From Klebsiella phage KMI11: a stretch of 64,000 nucleotides of DNA. A program made the translations under genes and the position numbers. This document shows positions 50,423 through 58,886 of the stretch, one piece after another. The stretch lies in the sequence record MN101225.1; one strand, given 5' to 3'. A model generated the notes under the pieces. It ran no database searches, had not been told where the DNA came from, and worked only from the letters and a program-made list of their open reading frames with translations. Numbering within the stretch: the first letter of the stretch is position 1; each line of letters starts with the position of its first letter.

Positions 50423-50865
50423 AAGAGCTCAGTGCAGGAATCTTATTCTTTACCGATGACAAACGGCTTTTCATGGGTCGTATGACAAATACATATGTCA
50501 AGGGCAGAGGCTCTAGATGGGATATTCCGAAAGGTCATGTTGAGCCTGGTGAAACACCGAAAGAAGCTGCTATTCGTGAATGCCAGGAAGAAACAGGGTT
50601 TACTGGGTTTGACCAGGACTTCTTATATGACCTCGGACGACACGATTATGACAGCAATAAGGATATTCATTTGTTTGGATATATGCTCCCTGTGAACCCA
50701 GAAGTGTTTAAGAATTGCTGTTGCACAGCTTACCATAAAGATGAAAATGGAATTTCTTTCCCGGAAACCGACGCATTTGCTTTAATTAAACCTTCTCAAT
50801 GGAAATATGTGATGGGACCAAGTTTGTATAAAATCATGACACAAATGTATAGCACAGCTCAGTGA
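50413..50865 (+). CDS. nudE: Nudix hydrolase
   Basis: Nudix box GHVEPGETPKEAAIRECQEETGF (G.5E.7REUxEExGU); adjacent to e as T4 nudE (e.1). Confidence 0.8.
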   Translation: MPMKELSAGILFFTDDKRLFMGRMTNTYVKGRGSRWDIPKGHVEPGETPKEAAIRECQEETGFTGFDQDFLYDLGRHDYDSNKDIHLFGYMLPVNPEVFKNCCCTAYHKDENGISFPETDAFALIKPSQWKYVMGPSLYKIMTQMYSTAQ

Positions 50866-50872
50866 GGTTATT

Positions 50873-51181
50873 ATGGAAGAAGCCATTGAATTAGGCATTC
50901 CACACATTTATAAGCATGAGCTACGATTTATTCACGATGGAAAATGGGTTAGCATATTTCATCCTAGAGATAAAATGTCGCGTATACTAATGAAATCACG
51001 ATACGTCTTCGGTGACGGCGAGTATACAAAATCAGCATATTACATAGCAGAACAGCTATATCCGGGATTTAGTGAATTGCCCGAGGACGATAAAAGAGAT
51101 TATGTATGGTGGAAAGATAAATGGACGCCGTATGAAAATTGCAGCATTGACATGTTTATAGCCAAGTGTAGGGCCAAATAA
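50873..51181 (+). CDS. hypothetical protein
   Basis: 102-aa ORF between nudE and e. Confidence 0.45.
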   Translation: MEEAIELGIPHIYKHELRFIHDGKWVSIFHPRDKMSRILMKSRYVFGDGEYTKSAYYIAEQLYPGFSELPEDDKRDYVWWKDKWTPYENCSIDMFIAKCRAK

Positions 51182-51210
51182 ATACTCCTATAATTTAATA
51201 GGAGGTCCTT

Positions 51211-51705
51211 ATGGATATTTTTGGCATGCTGCGTATTGATGAAGGATACGATAGCAAAATTTATAAAGATACCGAAGGGTATTGGACCATTGGTATTGGC
51301 CACTTACTGACTAAAGACCCGTCAAAATCTTTGGCTATTTCTAACCTGGACAAGCTAGTAGGTCGTTCTACAGGTGGACAAATTACTCAGGCTGAGGCAG
51401 AAGTAATTTTTGCCAAAGATGTTGAGAAGGCAATTAAAGGTATTGTTGCTAATGCTACATTAAACCCGGTATATAATGTATTAGATGATGTTCGTAGAGC
51501 TGCTCTGGTTAACATGGTATTCCAAATGGGTGTGTCTGGTGTAGCCGGGTTCCCAGCTTCAATGAAGTTATTACTCGCTAAAAAGTGGGAAGCTGCTGCC
51601 AAGGAACTTGCAAATTCACGTTGGTATCGTCAGACGCCAAATCGTGCTCGTCGTGTAATTGAAACAATGCGGACCGGAACTTGGTCTGCTTATCAAGGAA
51701 AATAA
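51211..51705 (+). CDS. e: endolysin (T4 lysozyme, muramidase)
   Basis: 164 aa; M.IF.MLRIDEG...[21 protein letters not shown]...NMVFQMG..GVAGF...W..A...LA.SRWY.QTPNRA.RVI.T.RTGTW.AY closely matches recalled T4 e. Confidence 0.95.
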   Translation: MDIFGMLRIDEGYDSKIYKDTEGYWTIGIGHLLTKDPSKSLAISNLDKLVGRSTGGQITQAEAEVIFAKDVEKAIKGIVANATLNPVYNVLDDVRRAALVNMVFQMGVSGVAGFPASMKLLLAKKWEAAAKELANSRWYRQTPNRARRVIETMRTGTWSAYQGK

Positions 51706-52185
51706 ATGAAAACTTATCAAGAATTTTTAAATGAATCCCGTTTAGCAACAGTTGGCGTAATGACTGAGTCTGTTGGAAGTAATCTTCTGAAATTTAAAAA
51801 AGGTCAGAAGATGACCGCCACGTTAGAAGATGGTACAGAAATTGAAATGGACGTTGTTGGATATAACTACGTAGTAGACGGCAAGTTATATAATAAGAGC
51901 CATGCCAAGTTTGATTCATTTGATGATTTCACCTCTTCTATTGAAGATGAGTCTTCTCGCAAAGCAGTAGCATCTGGCGATGCACGCTCCTTAATGGCAC
52001 TTGGTCATGAGCGTATTAAGTCTAAGCAGAACAAACCTGGCGAAGATAACTTTGCATTAGTAGGTTATCAGTCTGGCAAAACTTCTAACGGTTACCAACG
52101 TACTGTCACTATGTACATGCGTAATGGTAAAATTGCATTCGTAAACGATCGCGGCGCTATTCGTTACGCTAAATCAATTAAGTAG
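51706..52185 (+). CDS. internal protein with capsid-targeting sequence (novel IP)
   Basis: N-terminus MKTYQEFLNE matches the T4 IP CTS consensus MKTYQEFIAE with an L-x-E gp21 cleavage site; 159 aa, Lys-rich; starts on the e stop codon. Confidence 0.75.
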   Translation: MKTYQEFLNESRLATVGVMTESVGSNLLKFKKGQKMTATLEDGTEIEMDVVGYNYVVDGKLYNKSHAKFDSFDDFTSSIEDESSRKAVASGDARSLMALGHERIKSKQNKPGEDNFALVGYQSGKTSNGYQRTVTMYMRNGKIAFVNDRGAIRYAKSIK

Positions 52186-52240
52186 TTTACATTGAGACGG
52201 TAATGTGGTATAGTAGCCTTATTAAATGAAGGCTACTATG
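52185..52240 (+). promoter_or_regulatory. early promoter cassette GTTTAC-N18-TATAGT with GTAGCC...GGCTAC stem-loop over the -10
   Basis: GTTTAC 52185-90, TATAGT 52209-14; 6-bp stem flanking TTATTAAATGAA loop. Confidence 0.55.
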
Positions 52241-52266
52241 ACACGCATTAACTTAAAGGATATAAA

Positions 52267-52839
52267 ATGAAAACCTATAAAGAATTTATCACCGAAGCTT
52301 CTGTAGGAAAGGTCCAAGGCATTAATAAAGATGAGTGGACCTACCGAGGAAACGGTTTTGACCCTAAAACAGCTCCTATTGAGCGGTATTTAGCTACAAA
52401 GGCTTCCGACTTTAAAGCCTTCGCCTGGGAAGGACTTCGCTGGCGTAACGATCTAAATATTGAAGCCGATGGGCTTAAATTTGGTCATATTCAAGATGTT
52501 GTTGCTAGTAACTTAGACGCAGCTTTTGTTAAAGCCGATGCAGACCTTCGCCGTTGGAATTTAAAACTATTCTCTAAACAGAAAGGCCCGGTATTTGTAC
52601 CTAAAGCAGGTAAATGGGTTATTGATAATAAATTGGCTAAGGCTGTCAACTTTGCAGGCCTCGAATTCGCCAAGCATAAGGCAGCCTGGAAAAATCTTGA
52701 CGCCATGGCTTTCCGTAAAGAATTCGCCGAGGTTATGGCTAAAGGCGGATTTAAGGCAGATTTAGATACCACTAAAGGTACGTTTAAAGACGCTAATGTT
52801 CAATACGCTTACGCCGTTGCTAATGCAGCCCGTAATTAA
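52267..52839 (+). CDS. ipIII: internal protein III-like (CTS-bearing)
   Basis: 190 aa; MKTYKEFITEA CTS; LRWRNDLN, RRWNLKLFSKQKGP.FVPKAGKWVIDNKLAKAVNFAGLEFAKHK and C-terminal YAYAVANAAR match what I recall of T4 IPIII. Confidence 0.75.
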   Translation: MKTYKEFITEASVGKVQGINKDEWTYRGNGFDPKTAPIERYLATKASDFKAFAWEGLRWRNDLNIEADGLKFGHIQDVVASNLDAAFVKADADLRRWNLKLFSKQKGPVFVPKAGKWVIDNKLAKAVNFAGLEFAKHKAAWKNLDAMAFRKEFAEVMAKGGFKADLDTTKGTFKDANVQYAYAVANAARN

Positions 52840-52980
52840 AACTAATTCCTAATAAAGCTAAACACGACCTCTCCTCATGAACGTCGAGTCCTCTGAGTGA
52901 AGTAGCTTTCCCTACCTGTAATAAGGTCGAGCGCAAGTGCGGTAAGGGGTTTACATAGTGTGTCGATGGATTAAACATGT

Positions 52981-52996
52981 GCCAAGGAATGGCCCC
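52981..52996 (+). repeat. 16-nt direct repeat GCCAAGGAATGGCCCC, copy 1 (upstream of the third IP gene)
   Basis: exact 16-mer repeated at 53383-53398; the two copies bracket the IP gene 53032-53337. Confidence 0.8.
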
Positions 52997-53031
52997 ATTT
53001 AATTTAAAACTTTACCATTCTAGGATATAAA

Positions 53032-53337
53032 ATGAAAACTTATAAAGAATTTATCACCGAAGCAAAAGCACCAAAAGTATTCCAGATCTGTACCCAAGGA
53101 AATTTGGATAAAGAATTCGTCGATGCTATTGTGTCAAATCTTCGTAAGGAAGGCGTGCAAGTAGATTCAGTTGAATGGACCAAAGGCAGTGATAATTTTA
53201 TTATTACTGTATCTAAAGGTTCTTTGGCTAAAATTAAAAAGTCTTGGGGTGTAATGCGTGCTTATGATTTAAGCCATGACGGCGATCAAGCCAAAGTACG
53301 AATGAATACCCTTAAGGGAGGCCGGGAATACGTTTAG
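53032..53337 (+). CDS. internal protein with CTS (novel small IP)
   Basis: 101 aa; MKTYKEFITEA, the same first 11 residues (about 33 nt near-identical DNA) as the IP at 52267. Confidence 0.75.
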   Translation: MKTYKEFITEAKAPKVFQICTQGNLDKEFVDAIVSNLRKEGVQVDSVEWTKGSDNFIITVSKGSLAKIKKSWGVMRAYDLSHDGDQAKVRMNTLKGGREYV

Positions 53338-53382
53338 ACTTATTGCCTATACTTATCAAAATATTACACGGACTAAGCACGC

Positions 53383-53398
53383 GCCAAGGAATGGCCCC
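53383..53398 (+). repeat. 16-nt direct repeat GCCAAGGAATGGCCCC, copy 2
   Basis: exact match to 52981-52996. Confidence 0.8.
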
Positions 53399-53415
53399 TT
53401 TAACTGGAATCTAAA

Positions 53416-53949
53416 ATGAAACACTTAACTCCCATTTATTTGACCCTGATGCATGCTTTCAGAGACGCTGCAGACAGACGATTGAATAATCCCAACTACA
53501 GTTTTTATGAACCGTCTTGCCTTATGCGAGAGTACGGTACCCTTCGTCTAGACGGTGGAAGACAAACCGGAAAGACTGCAGCCTTATGTCAATTCGCTAC
53601 CGATTGGTTGCTTGAAGATGGTTCGGTTATAATCTTATCTACTCGATACACACAATCATCTGAATTGATGGAAGGTATTCTACGAGAATATAATTCATCG
53701 CATTTAATTAATAAATTACCGGCTAACGAGATAGCTAAATCAATTGTTCCGATGACAATCAGGGAATTTCTATCCAATGATTCCTCTTACAAGTTTAGGG
53801 GAAGAAAGTTTGGAAGAGCATTAATTATCATTGAAGAACCAATGAAAGTTCCCGATATGATGAAGTTCTATGATATGTACCAGGAAGCTATCAGATGGTC
53901 TATGCCTAATGATACCTTACCTTTATTTTTCGTGATAGGAATGCAATGA
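53416..53949 (+). CDS. P-loop NTPase (Walker A/B) protein
   Basis: 177 aa; Walker A DGGRQTGKTAA; Walker B-like ALIIIEEP. Confidence 0.5.
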   Translation: MKHLTPIYLTLMHAFRDAADRRLNNPNYSFYEPSCLMREYGTLRLDGGRQTGKTAALCQFATDWLLEDGSVIILSTRYTQSSELMEGILREYNSSHLINKLPANEIAKSIVPMTIREFLSNDSSYKFRGRKFGRALIIIEEPMKVPDMMKFYDMYQEAIRWSMPNDTLPLFFVIGMQ

Positions 53950-54257
53950 TGACACAGACAGAAATTGTTGATATGATTACAGTAATGGAAAATACAGGAT
54001 TTGCCGATATGAAGCAATTAATAACAATGGTTACGGCTGGCAACCTGCTTGAGTACAAGCGCTACAAGTTTCTGTCTGGTCCGTTTAAAGGTGCAGAATT
54101 CATTTCTAACGCTCCTAACACGAAGTGGATGAATCGCTATCCTAATTTTAGAATTGAGTTTATATCCGGTAAGCTCAAAGGCGTGATTAGTTCAAGCTTA
54201 ATCACATATGACCAACGCATTCAAGAGAAAACAATGCAATGGCTGAAATTGTTATAA
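53946..54257 (+). CDS. hypothetical protein
   Basis: 103 aa, ATGA coupled to the P-loop protein. Confidence 0.45.
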   Translation: MMTQTEIVDMITVMENTGFADMKQLITMVTAGNLLEYKRYKFLSGPFKGAEFISNAPNTKWMNRYPNFRIEFISGKLKGVISSSLITYDQRIQEKTMQWLKLL

Positions 54258-54730
54258 AGTGTCCTCCACATTTAGTTGAAAGCTTCTGCGATTGGTTCAG
54301 TAATTCTGGCGAGCAAGATTTCTATGAAGCCCATCAGAATGGAACTTGGAATGAAACCACAAAACAGTGGGAAGAAGCTACAACGTATATAGGCACTCGC
54401 GGATATGGAGTTGACGAGCCTATTGAAATTGTAGAGTACGATAAAGAAACTGATGAAGAAATACTTTATGCTAATGATACCAGAGAACGTTTATGGCGAG
54501 AATCTGAATTAGAAGCAGAAGTTATTCGTCTTAAAGAAGAATTAAAAGGACCAACGGGTTTTGCTACGTGGAAAGACGCTGCTATTTCTGAACGTTTAGC
54601 ACGGGTAAAATTGATGCCAGAGGGTAAAATCTCGTACTTACAAGCTGCATCCAAGTTCCATTCTACTGAGTGGAATACTATGGACGTAATTACCGCATAC
54701 ATGCATGGTTGGAATAAAGAATCTAATTAA
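54239..54730 (+). CDS. hypothetical protein
   Basis: 163-aa ORF. Confidence 0.45.
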   Translation: MAEIVIKCPPHLVESFCDWFSNSGEQDFYEAHQNGTWNETTKQWEEATTYIGTRGYGVDEPIEIVEYDKETDEEILYANDTRERLWRESELEAEVIRLKEELKGPTGFATWKDAAISERLARVKLMPEGKISYLQAASKFHSTEWNTMDVITAYMHGWNKESN

Positions 54731-54738
54731 GAGGAAAT

Positions 54739-55101
54739 ATGAAAGCATATCAAATTCTTGAAGGTGAACTTAAAGGCACCATTTACATCGAAGATGGTGA
54801 TGACGCACGAGTAATCGTTTCAAAAGTTCTTAAAGAAGATACTATTACGGATGCTGAAACTTTTTATGGCTACAAGGCTCGTGAAGTAGAAATTGAATAC
54901 CAGCCAACGGTAAAAATTGAAGGCGGTCAGCACCTGAACGTTAACGTGCTGCGTCGCGAAACCCTGCTGGACGCGGTTGAGCATCCGGAAAAATATCCGC
55001 AGCTGACCATTCGTGTTTCTGGCTACGCGGTACGCTTCAACTCCCTGACGTCGGAACAGCAGCGCGACGTTATCGCTCGTACTTTCACAGAGGCACTATA
55101 A
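54739..55101 (+). CDS. grcA: GrcA/YfiD-like autonomous glycyl-radical cofactor protein (chimeric composition)
   Basis: C-terminal 60 aa ([58 protein letters not shown]) nearly identical to E. coli GrcA with the glycyl-radical RVSGYAV motif; DNA composition switches from AT-rich to GC-rich host-like codons around 54905. Confidence 0.8.
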   Translation: MKAYQILEGELKGTIYIEDGDDARVIVSKVLKEDTITDAETFYGYKAREVEIEYQPTVKIEGGQHLNVNVLRRETLLDAVEHPEKYPQLTIRVSGYAVRFNSLTSEQQRDVIARTFTEAL

Positions 55102-55376
55102 TGTCAATTGAAGATATTAAAGGATATAAGCCACATACCGATGAAAAGATTGGTAAAGTGAATGCTATCAAAGACGCAGAAGTCCGTCTTGGTCTTATCT
55201 TTACTGCTCTTGAAGAAGAGGCATTAATTAATTACCAAGTGTCAGTCAATGAACCTAAGCAGGTACTCGATGAAGCATACGAACGTATTGCCCAGATTCG
55301 TACAGCAAAACAGAAACTGAAGGAAGCTTCTATGTGGGCTTGCCGTGCAGTGTTCTGTCCAGAAGAAAAATATTAA
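55101..55376 (+). CDS. hypothetical protein
   Basis: 91 aa, ATAATG coupling. Confidence 0.45.
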   Translation: MSIEDIKGYKPHTDEKIGKVNAIKDAEVRLGLIFTALEEEALINYQVSVNEPKQVLDEAYERIAQIRTAKQKLKEASMWACRAVFCPEEKY

Positions 55377-55380
55377 AAAG

Positions 55381-55425
55381 TAGTTTACTTTCCTTACGGG
55401 CCATGATACTATGGCCCTACAAATA
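55381..55425 (+). promoter_or_regulatory. early promoter cassette AGTTTAC-N17-TACTAT with GGGCCAT...ATGGCCC stem-loop
   Basis: GTTTAC 55384-89; TACTAT 55407-12 sits in the loop of a 7-bp perfect inverted repeat GGGCCAT/ATGGCCC. Confidence 0.6.
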
Positions 55426-55439
55426 AAGGAGAATGAACT

Positions 55440-55898
55440 ATGTCAACTAACCCAGAAGTATTCATTCGCAGAACTAAACTGCGTCGTAAGTTTGAGGAAG
55501 CTTTTCGCTCTTTGAATTTATCAGTTCGTGCCCGAGCTAAGGCTGAGGGCAAAGAGCCTTTCTTCACTAAGTACTCTGATCATTTGTTGGACCGTGCTAT
55601 CCAACGTGAAATTGATGAAGAGTATGTATTCTCTGTTCTTTCCAAAATTCCTAATCATCTTAAAGAAATTAATGAATTTTTAGCAATGCCTTGGCTTCCA
55701 ATTGACCCAAAAGACATTGATGAAAATATCGAGTATAAGCCAATGCGGTTAGAAATTACGGATGGAAATCTGTGGCTAGGATTTACCATGGATATTCCAA
55801 GACCAGGAAAAGGACCTAGTATAAAGTGTCGTATGGCATTCGTTAATGATAAACGTTTGAAAGGTAAAATCAGCACAAAAGTTATACACATTAATTGA
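55440..55898 (+). CDS. hypothetical protein
   Basis: 152-aa ORF after the promoter cassette, GGAGAATGAAC RBS. Confidence 0.5.
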   Translation: MSTNPEVFIRRTKLRRKFEEAFRSLNLSVRARAKAEGKEPFFTKYSDHLLDRAIQREIDEEYVFSVLSKIPNHLKEINEFLAMPWLPIDPKDIDENIEYKPMRLEITDGNLWLGFTMDIPRPGKGPSIKCRMAFVNDKRLKGKISTKVIHIN

Positions 55899-55905
55899 GG
55901 TAAAC

Positions 55906-56451
55906 ATGAAAAAAGCGCTTATCGGTCTAATGGCCTTGTGTTCAACGGCCTTTGGGTCTGAGCCAACTTTCAGTAATGTTCAACTTGACAACTTACATTA
56001 CGCATATAATTTTGGTGAACAATATCAAAAATCCGGAAAGGAAAAATCTCCGCATAACCGATACGATAATAACGGCTTAGGATATATAATGGCTGCTATA
56101 TCATGGAAAGAATCTTCGGCAGGAGCCAATTTAAAAGCAGGAAAGGGGCATCATTCTTATGGGGTTTTTCAAAATTACTTACCCACCGTTAAGGCCAGAG
56201 CTAAACTGGAAGGTAAAAACCTTAGTGATTCTGAAATAAGAAAAATGCTTAAATCCAGACGTAATTCTGCGGAGTGGGCATATATTGAGCTTTCATATTG
56301 GTTAAATATACATAACGGCAATATGCGAAAAGCTCTTGCTAGTTATAACGCAGGATGGAATGTCAAAAGAGGAAACTCTTATGCGTCAGATGTCCTAGAG
56401 AAAGCTCATTTCTTAAAGAAACATAAAATGCTACATATAAAGGTGGAATAA
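55906..56451 (+). CDS. secreted lytic transglycosylase (SLT-domain)-like protein
   Basis: 181 aa; signal peptide MKKALIGLMALCSTAFG; SLT motifs in order: E-S (AISWKESSAG), GVFQ (GLMQ-like), SYNAGWN (AYNAG-like). Confidence 0.5.
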   Translation: MKKALIGLMALCSTAFGSEPTFSNVQLDNLHYAYNFGEQYQKSGKEKSPHNRYDNNGLGYIMAAISWKESSAGANLKAGKGHHSYGVFQNYLPTVKARAKLEGKNLSDSEIRKMLKSRRNSAEWAYIELSYWLNIHNGNMRKALASYNAGWNVKRGNSYASDVLEKAHFLKKHKMLHIKVE

Positions 56452-56771
56452 TGATAAAGTACGCCGCGCTTCTTGGATTAGTATTGGCATTCTCTGTTAA
56501 TGCTGAAAATTCAATGTCGGATTCACTTCGTATTGCTAAAACATTTTGTAATACGAATTCTGAATGTGTTGATATATTAGCGCTTGAATTAGATTCGGCA
56601 TTCAGCGATGGAGTAAAAGATTCACGTAGCCCGGCTCAGTGGACAACACTAATAAATCGTAAGGCTAAGAGCATGAAAGATTTATGTGTCAATGCTCCTA
56701 ACGAAAATATATGTTTAATGTATCGTGACCAATTAATGGCTCGTTATATGTCAGGACTATCGTCAAAATGA
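56451..56771 (+). CDS. secreted/periplasmic small protein
   Basis: 106 aa; signal peptide MIKYAALLGLVLAFSVNA; 4 Cys; ATGA coupled. Confidence 0.45.
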   Translation: MIKYAALLGLVLAFSVNAENSMSDSLRIAKTFCNTNSECVDILALELDSAFSDGVKDSRSPAQWTTLINRKAKSMKDLCVNAPNENICLMYRDQLMARYMSGLSSK

Positions 56772-57160
56772 AAAAAGCAGCTATTTTATTATGCTGTGCA
56801 TTTTCAGTTAATGCCTGGGAAAAGCTCCCAGGCTATCCTGAACCTGTACTAGCGGCGCAGGGGACTAAAATAGAAAGCAACGGTCCATTCAAGAACAATA
56901 TTGAAATAGCATTTGTGCCTAGTAGTAGAAAACTGCTAATGTCATTTTATAATTATCAAGATAAAGATGACCAGGTGATAGTTCCACATGTTGAGTATAA
57001 TGCTCGCGGATGTGGAATGCAGAGTGACGGTGTTTCTGTTGATGGAGTAATGCATCCTAAAGAACAAGGAGTGCTGAACCCTATCCTTAATTGTAACAAT
57101 GCTATATTTTTAAGAGTATACAATAATCTTAATGAATATGCAACATATAAAATTCCATAG
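56768..57160 (+). CDS. secreted/periplasmic small protein
   Basis: 130 aa; signal peptide MKKAAILLCCAFSVNA; ATGA coupled. Confidence 0.45.
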   Translation: MKKAAILLCCAFSVNAWEKLPGYPEPVLAAQGTKIESNGPFKNNIEIAFVPSSRKLLMSFYNYQDKDDQVIVPHVEYNARGCGMQSDGVSVDGVMHPKEQGVLNPILNCNNAIFLRVYNNLNEYATYKIP

Positions 57161-57168
57161 GTGAATAA

Positions 57169-57636
57169 ATGATTACTGGATATATTAAGGGTAATATTGT
57201 AGAATTATTCATGAAGCATGAATGCGATATCGCTCATGGGTGTAATTGCTTTACTACAATGGGTGCTGGTGTAGCAGGACAACTTGCTAAAGCATATCCT
57301 CCAATTCTCGATATTGACATCGATGAAGACCGTTATTATGACAACAATTTAGCTAAGCTTGGAACTCATACTCGAGCCATTCACAAAAAAGGCACTGCAT
57401 ATTGCTATAATTTGTATACTCAGTATGCTCCAGGTCCAAATGTTGATTACGGCGCAATTTTTAATGCATTCCATGAACTAAATTCTGGTCGTATTGTTTA
57501 TAATCGTCCTCTATACATTCCAAAAATTGGAGCTGGTATTGCTGGCGGTGATTGGGAACTAATTGAGAAATTAATCAATTTAGCAACACCTGATATTGAC
57601 ATTATGGTGGTAGAATATGAAGAAGCTAAAAGCTAA
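57169..57636 (+). CDS. macro domain (ADP-ribose binding/processing) protein
   Basis: 155 aa; HGCNCFTTMGAGVAGQL and KIGAGIAGGDW resemble macro-domain Gly-rich ADP-ribose-binding loops. Confidence 0.5.
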   Translation: MITGYIKGNIVELFMKHECDIAHGCNCFTTMGAGVAGQLAKAYPPILDIDIDEDRYYDNNLAKLGTHTRAIHKKGTAYCYNLYTQYAPGPNVDYGAIFNAFHELNSGRIVYNRPLYIPKIGAGIAGGDWELIEKLINLATPDIDIMVVEYEEAKS

Positions 57637-57660
57637 ATCCGTCTTGTTAGAGGTAAATAG

Positions 57661-57828
57661 ATGATTACTGAAGAGCAAAAAACTAAACTGTGGCAGTTGA
57701 TTGACGATTATGCAGGTGCCGAGCAAGTAGTAGCTATTAGTGCCATTTACGGAAATGGTCTACCTGAAGAATACGATGAACTCATTCGTTCTAAGAATGC
57801 TATTTCTGATTTTATGGAGACACTTTAA
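57661..57828 (+). CDS. small acidic protein
   Basis: 55 aa, AGAGGTAAATAG RBS, stop overlaps the tk start (TAATG). Confidence 0.4.
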   Translation: MITEEQKTKLWQLIDDYAGAEQVVAISAIYGNGLPEEYDELIRSKNAISDFMETL

Positions 57829-58427
57829 TGGCACAGCTTTATTTCAACTACGCGAGCATGAATGCAGGCAAATCGGCTAATCTTCTTACCGCGGCGCATA
57901 ATTACAAAGAACGAGGAATGGGAACTCTCATTCTTAAACCTGCTATTGATACTCGTGATTCTGCCACCGAGGTAACATCACGTATTGGTCTTCGTCATGA
58001 AGCTAATACAGTAGACGAATCTATTGATATCCTTGAGTTTTTCAAGTGGGCACAAACACAACGTGATATTCATTGTGTGTTCGTTGATGAAGCCCAATTT
58101 TTAACTACTGAGCATGTTGTTCAGCTGTGTAAGATTGTTGACCTGTATGATGTTCCGGTAATGGCATATGGTCTTCGCACTGATTTTCGCGGAGAGTTAT
58201 TCGAAGGTTCTAAAGCACTGTTGGCTGTTGCTGATAAACTGGTCGAGCTTAAGGGGGTTTGCCATTGCGGCCGTAAAGCTACTATGGTTGCTCGTATTGA
58301 TGAAAACGGAAATGCTATTACCGATGGTGAAGTAGTAGAACTTGGTGGTGAAGATAAGTATGTTTCTCTTTGCCGTAAGCATTGGTTTGAACTAATTGGT
58401 GTTTATAATGAAGCCAAGAACGTATAA
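57828..58427 (+). CDS. tk: thymidine kinase
   Basis: 199 aa; Walker A MNAGKS, VFVDEAQF, zinc ribbon CHCGRKAT...LCRKHW; matches recalled T4 Tk. Confidence 0.93.
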   Translation: MAQLYFNYASMNAGKSANLLTAAHNYKERGMGTLILKPAIDTRDSATEVTSRIGLRHEANTVDESIDILEFFKWAQTQRDIHCVFVDEAQFLTTEHVVQLCKIVDLYDVPVMAYGLRTDFRGELFEGSKALLAVADKLVELKGVCHCGRKATMVARIDENGNAITDGEVVELGGEDKYVSLCRKHWFELIGVYNEAKNV

Positions 58428-58602
58428 CACTATCCTGATGCTAATCGTAGGTATGCTATTCATTTGGATTGCTGCAGCAGCGTCTGTACAAAGCGACAGA
58501 CGAGAAGAAGCACAAAATCGTCTTGATTCTAGCTGTAAAGTATTAGCACAAGGTAAAGACTTTATTGCTAATATGAATGGGTGTTATATTAAACATGAGT
58601 AG
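58408..58602 (+). CDS. small membrane protein
   Basis: 64 aa; ILMLIVGMLFIWIAAAA TM helix; overlaps the tk 3' end. Confidence 0.35.
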   Translation: MKPRTYNTILMLIVGMLFIWIAAAASVQSDRREEAQNRLDSSCKVLAQGKDFIANMNGCYIKHE

Positions 58603-58688
58603 CTTATTTGCCATAGCAAGTGGTATAGTACTAGTACTCATAATTGGATTCTTGCTGTACGTAATATTGCTTTCGTTGATGGTTTAAT

Positions 58689-58823
58689 ATGAAAAAATAT
58701 GTGATGTGCTACCGTTGTCTTCATGTATATGATTACAACACTGCTCCAAAGACAGCTACCAAGCGTCTTAAGAATAAAGAACCTGAATGCCCCAAATGTA
58801 AATGTAAGGTAATCTATTCATGA
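58689..58823 (+). CDS. small zinc-ribbon protein
   Basis: 44 aa; CYRC...CPKCKC (CxxC-x26-CxxC). Confidence 0.35.
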   Translation: MKKYVMCYRCLHVYDYNTAPKTATKRLKNKEPECPKCKCKVIYS

Positions 58824-58886
58824 ATATTAAATTTTTTAAATCAGGATTTTACTATCGTTGAGGTACTTTAACTTAGCGAGGTAATA

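Noticed and set aside
52981-53398. The GCCAAGGAATGGCCCC repeats as palindromic terminators or operators
   Set aside because: The 16-mer is not self-complementary, and the two copies are direct rather than inverted, so they are interpreted as recombination or cassette boundary sequence instead.
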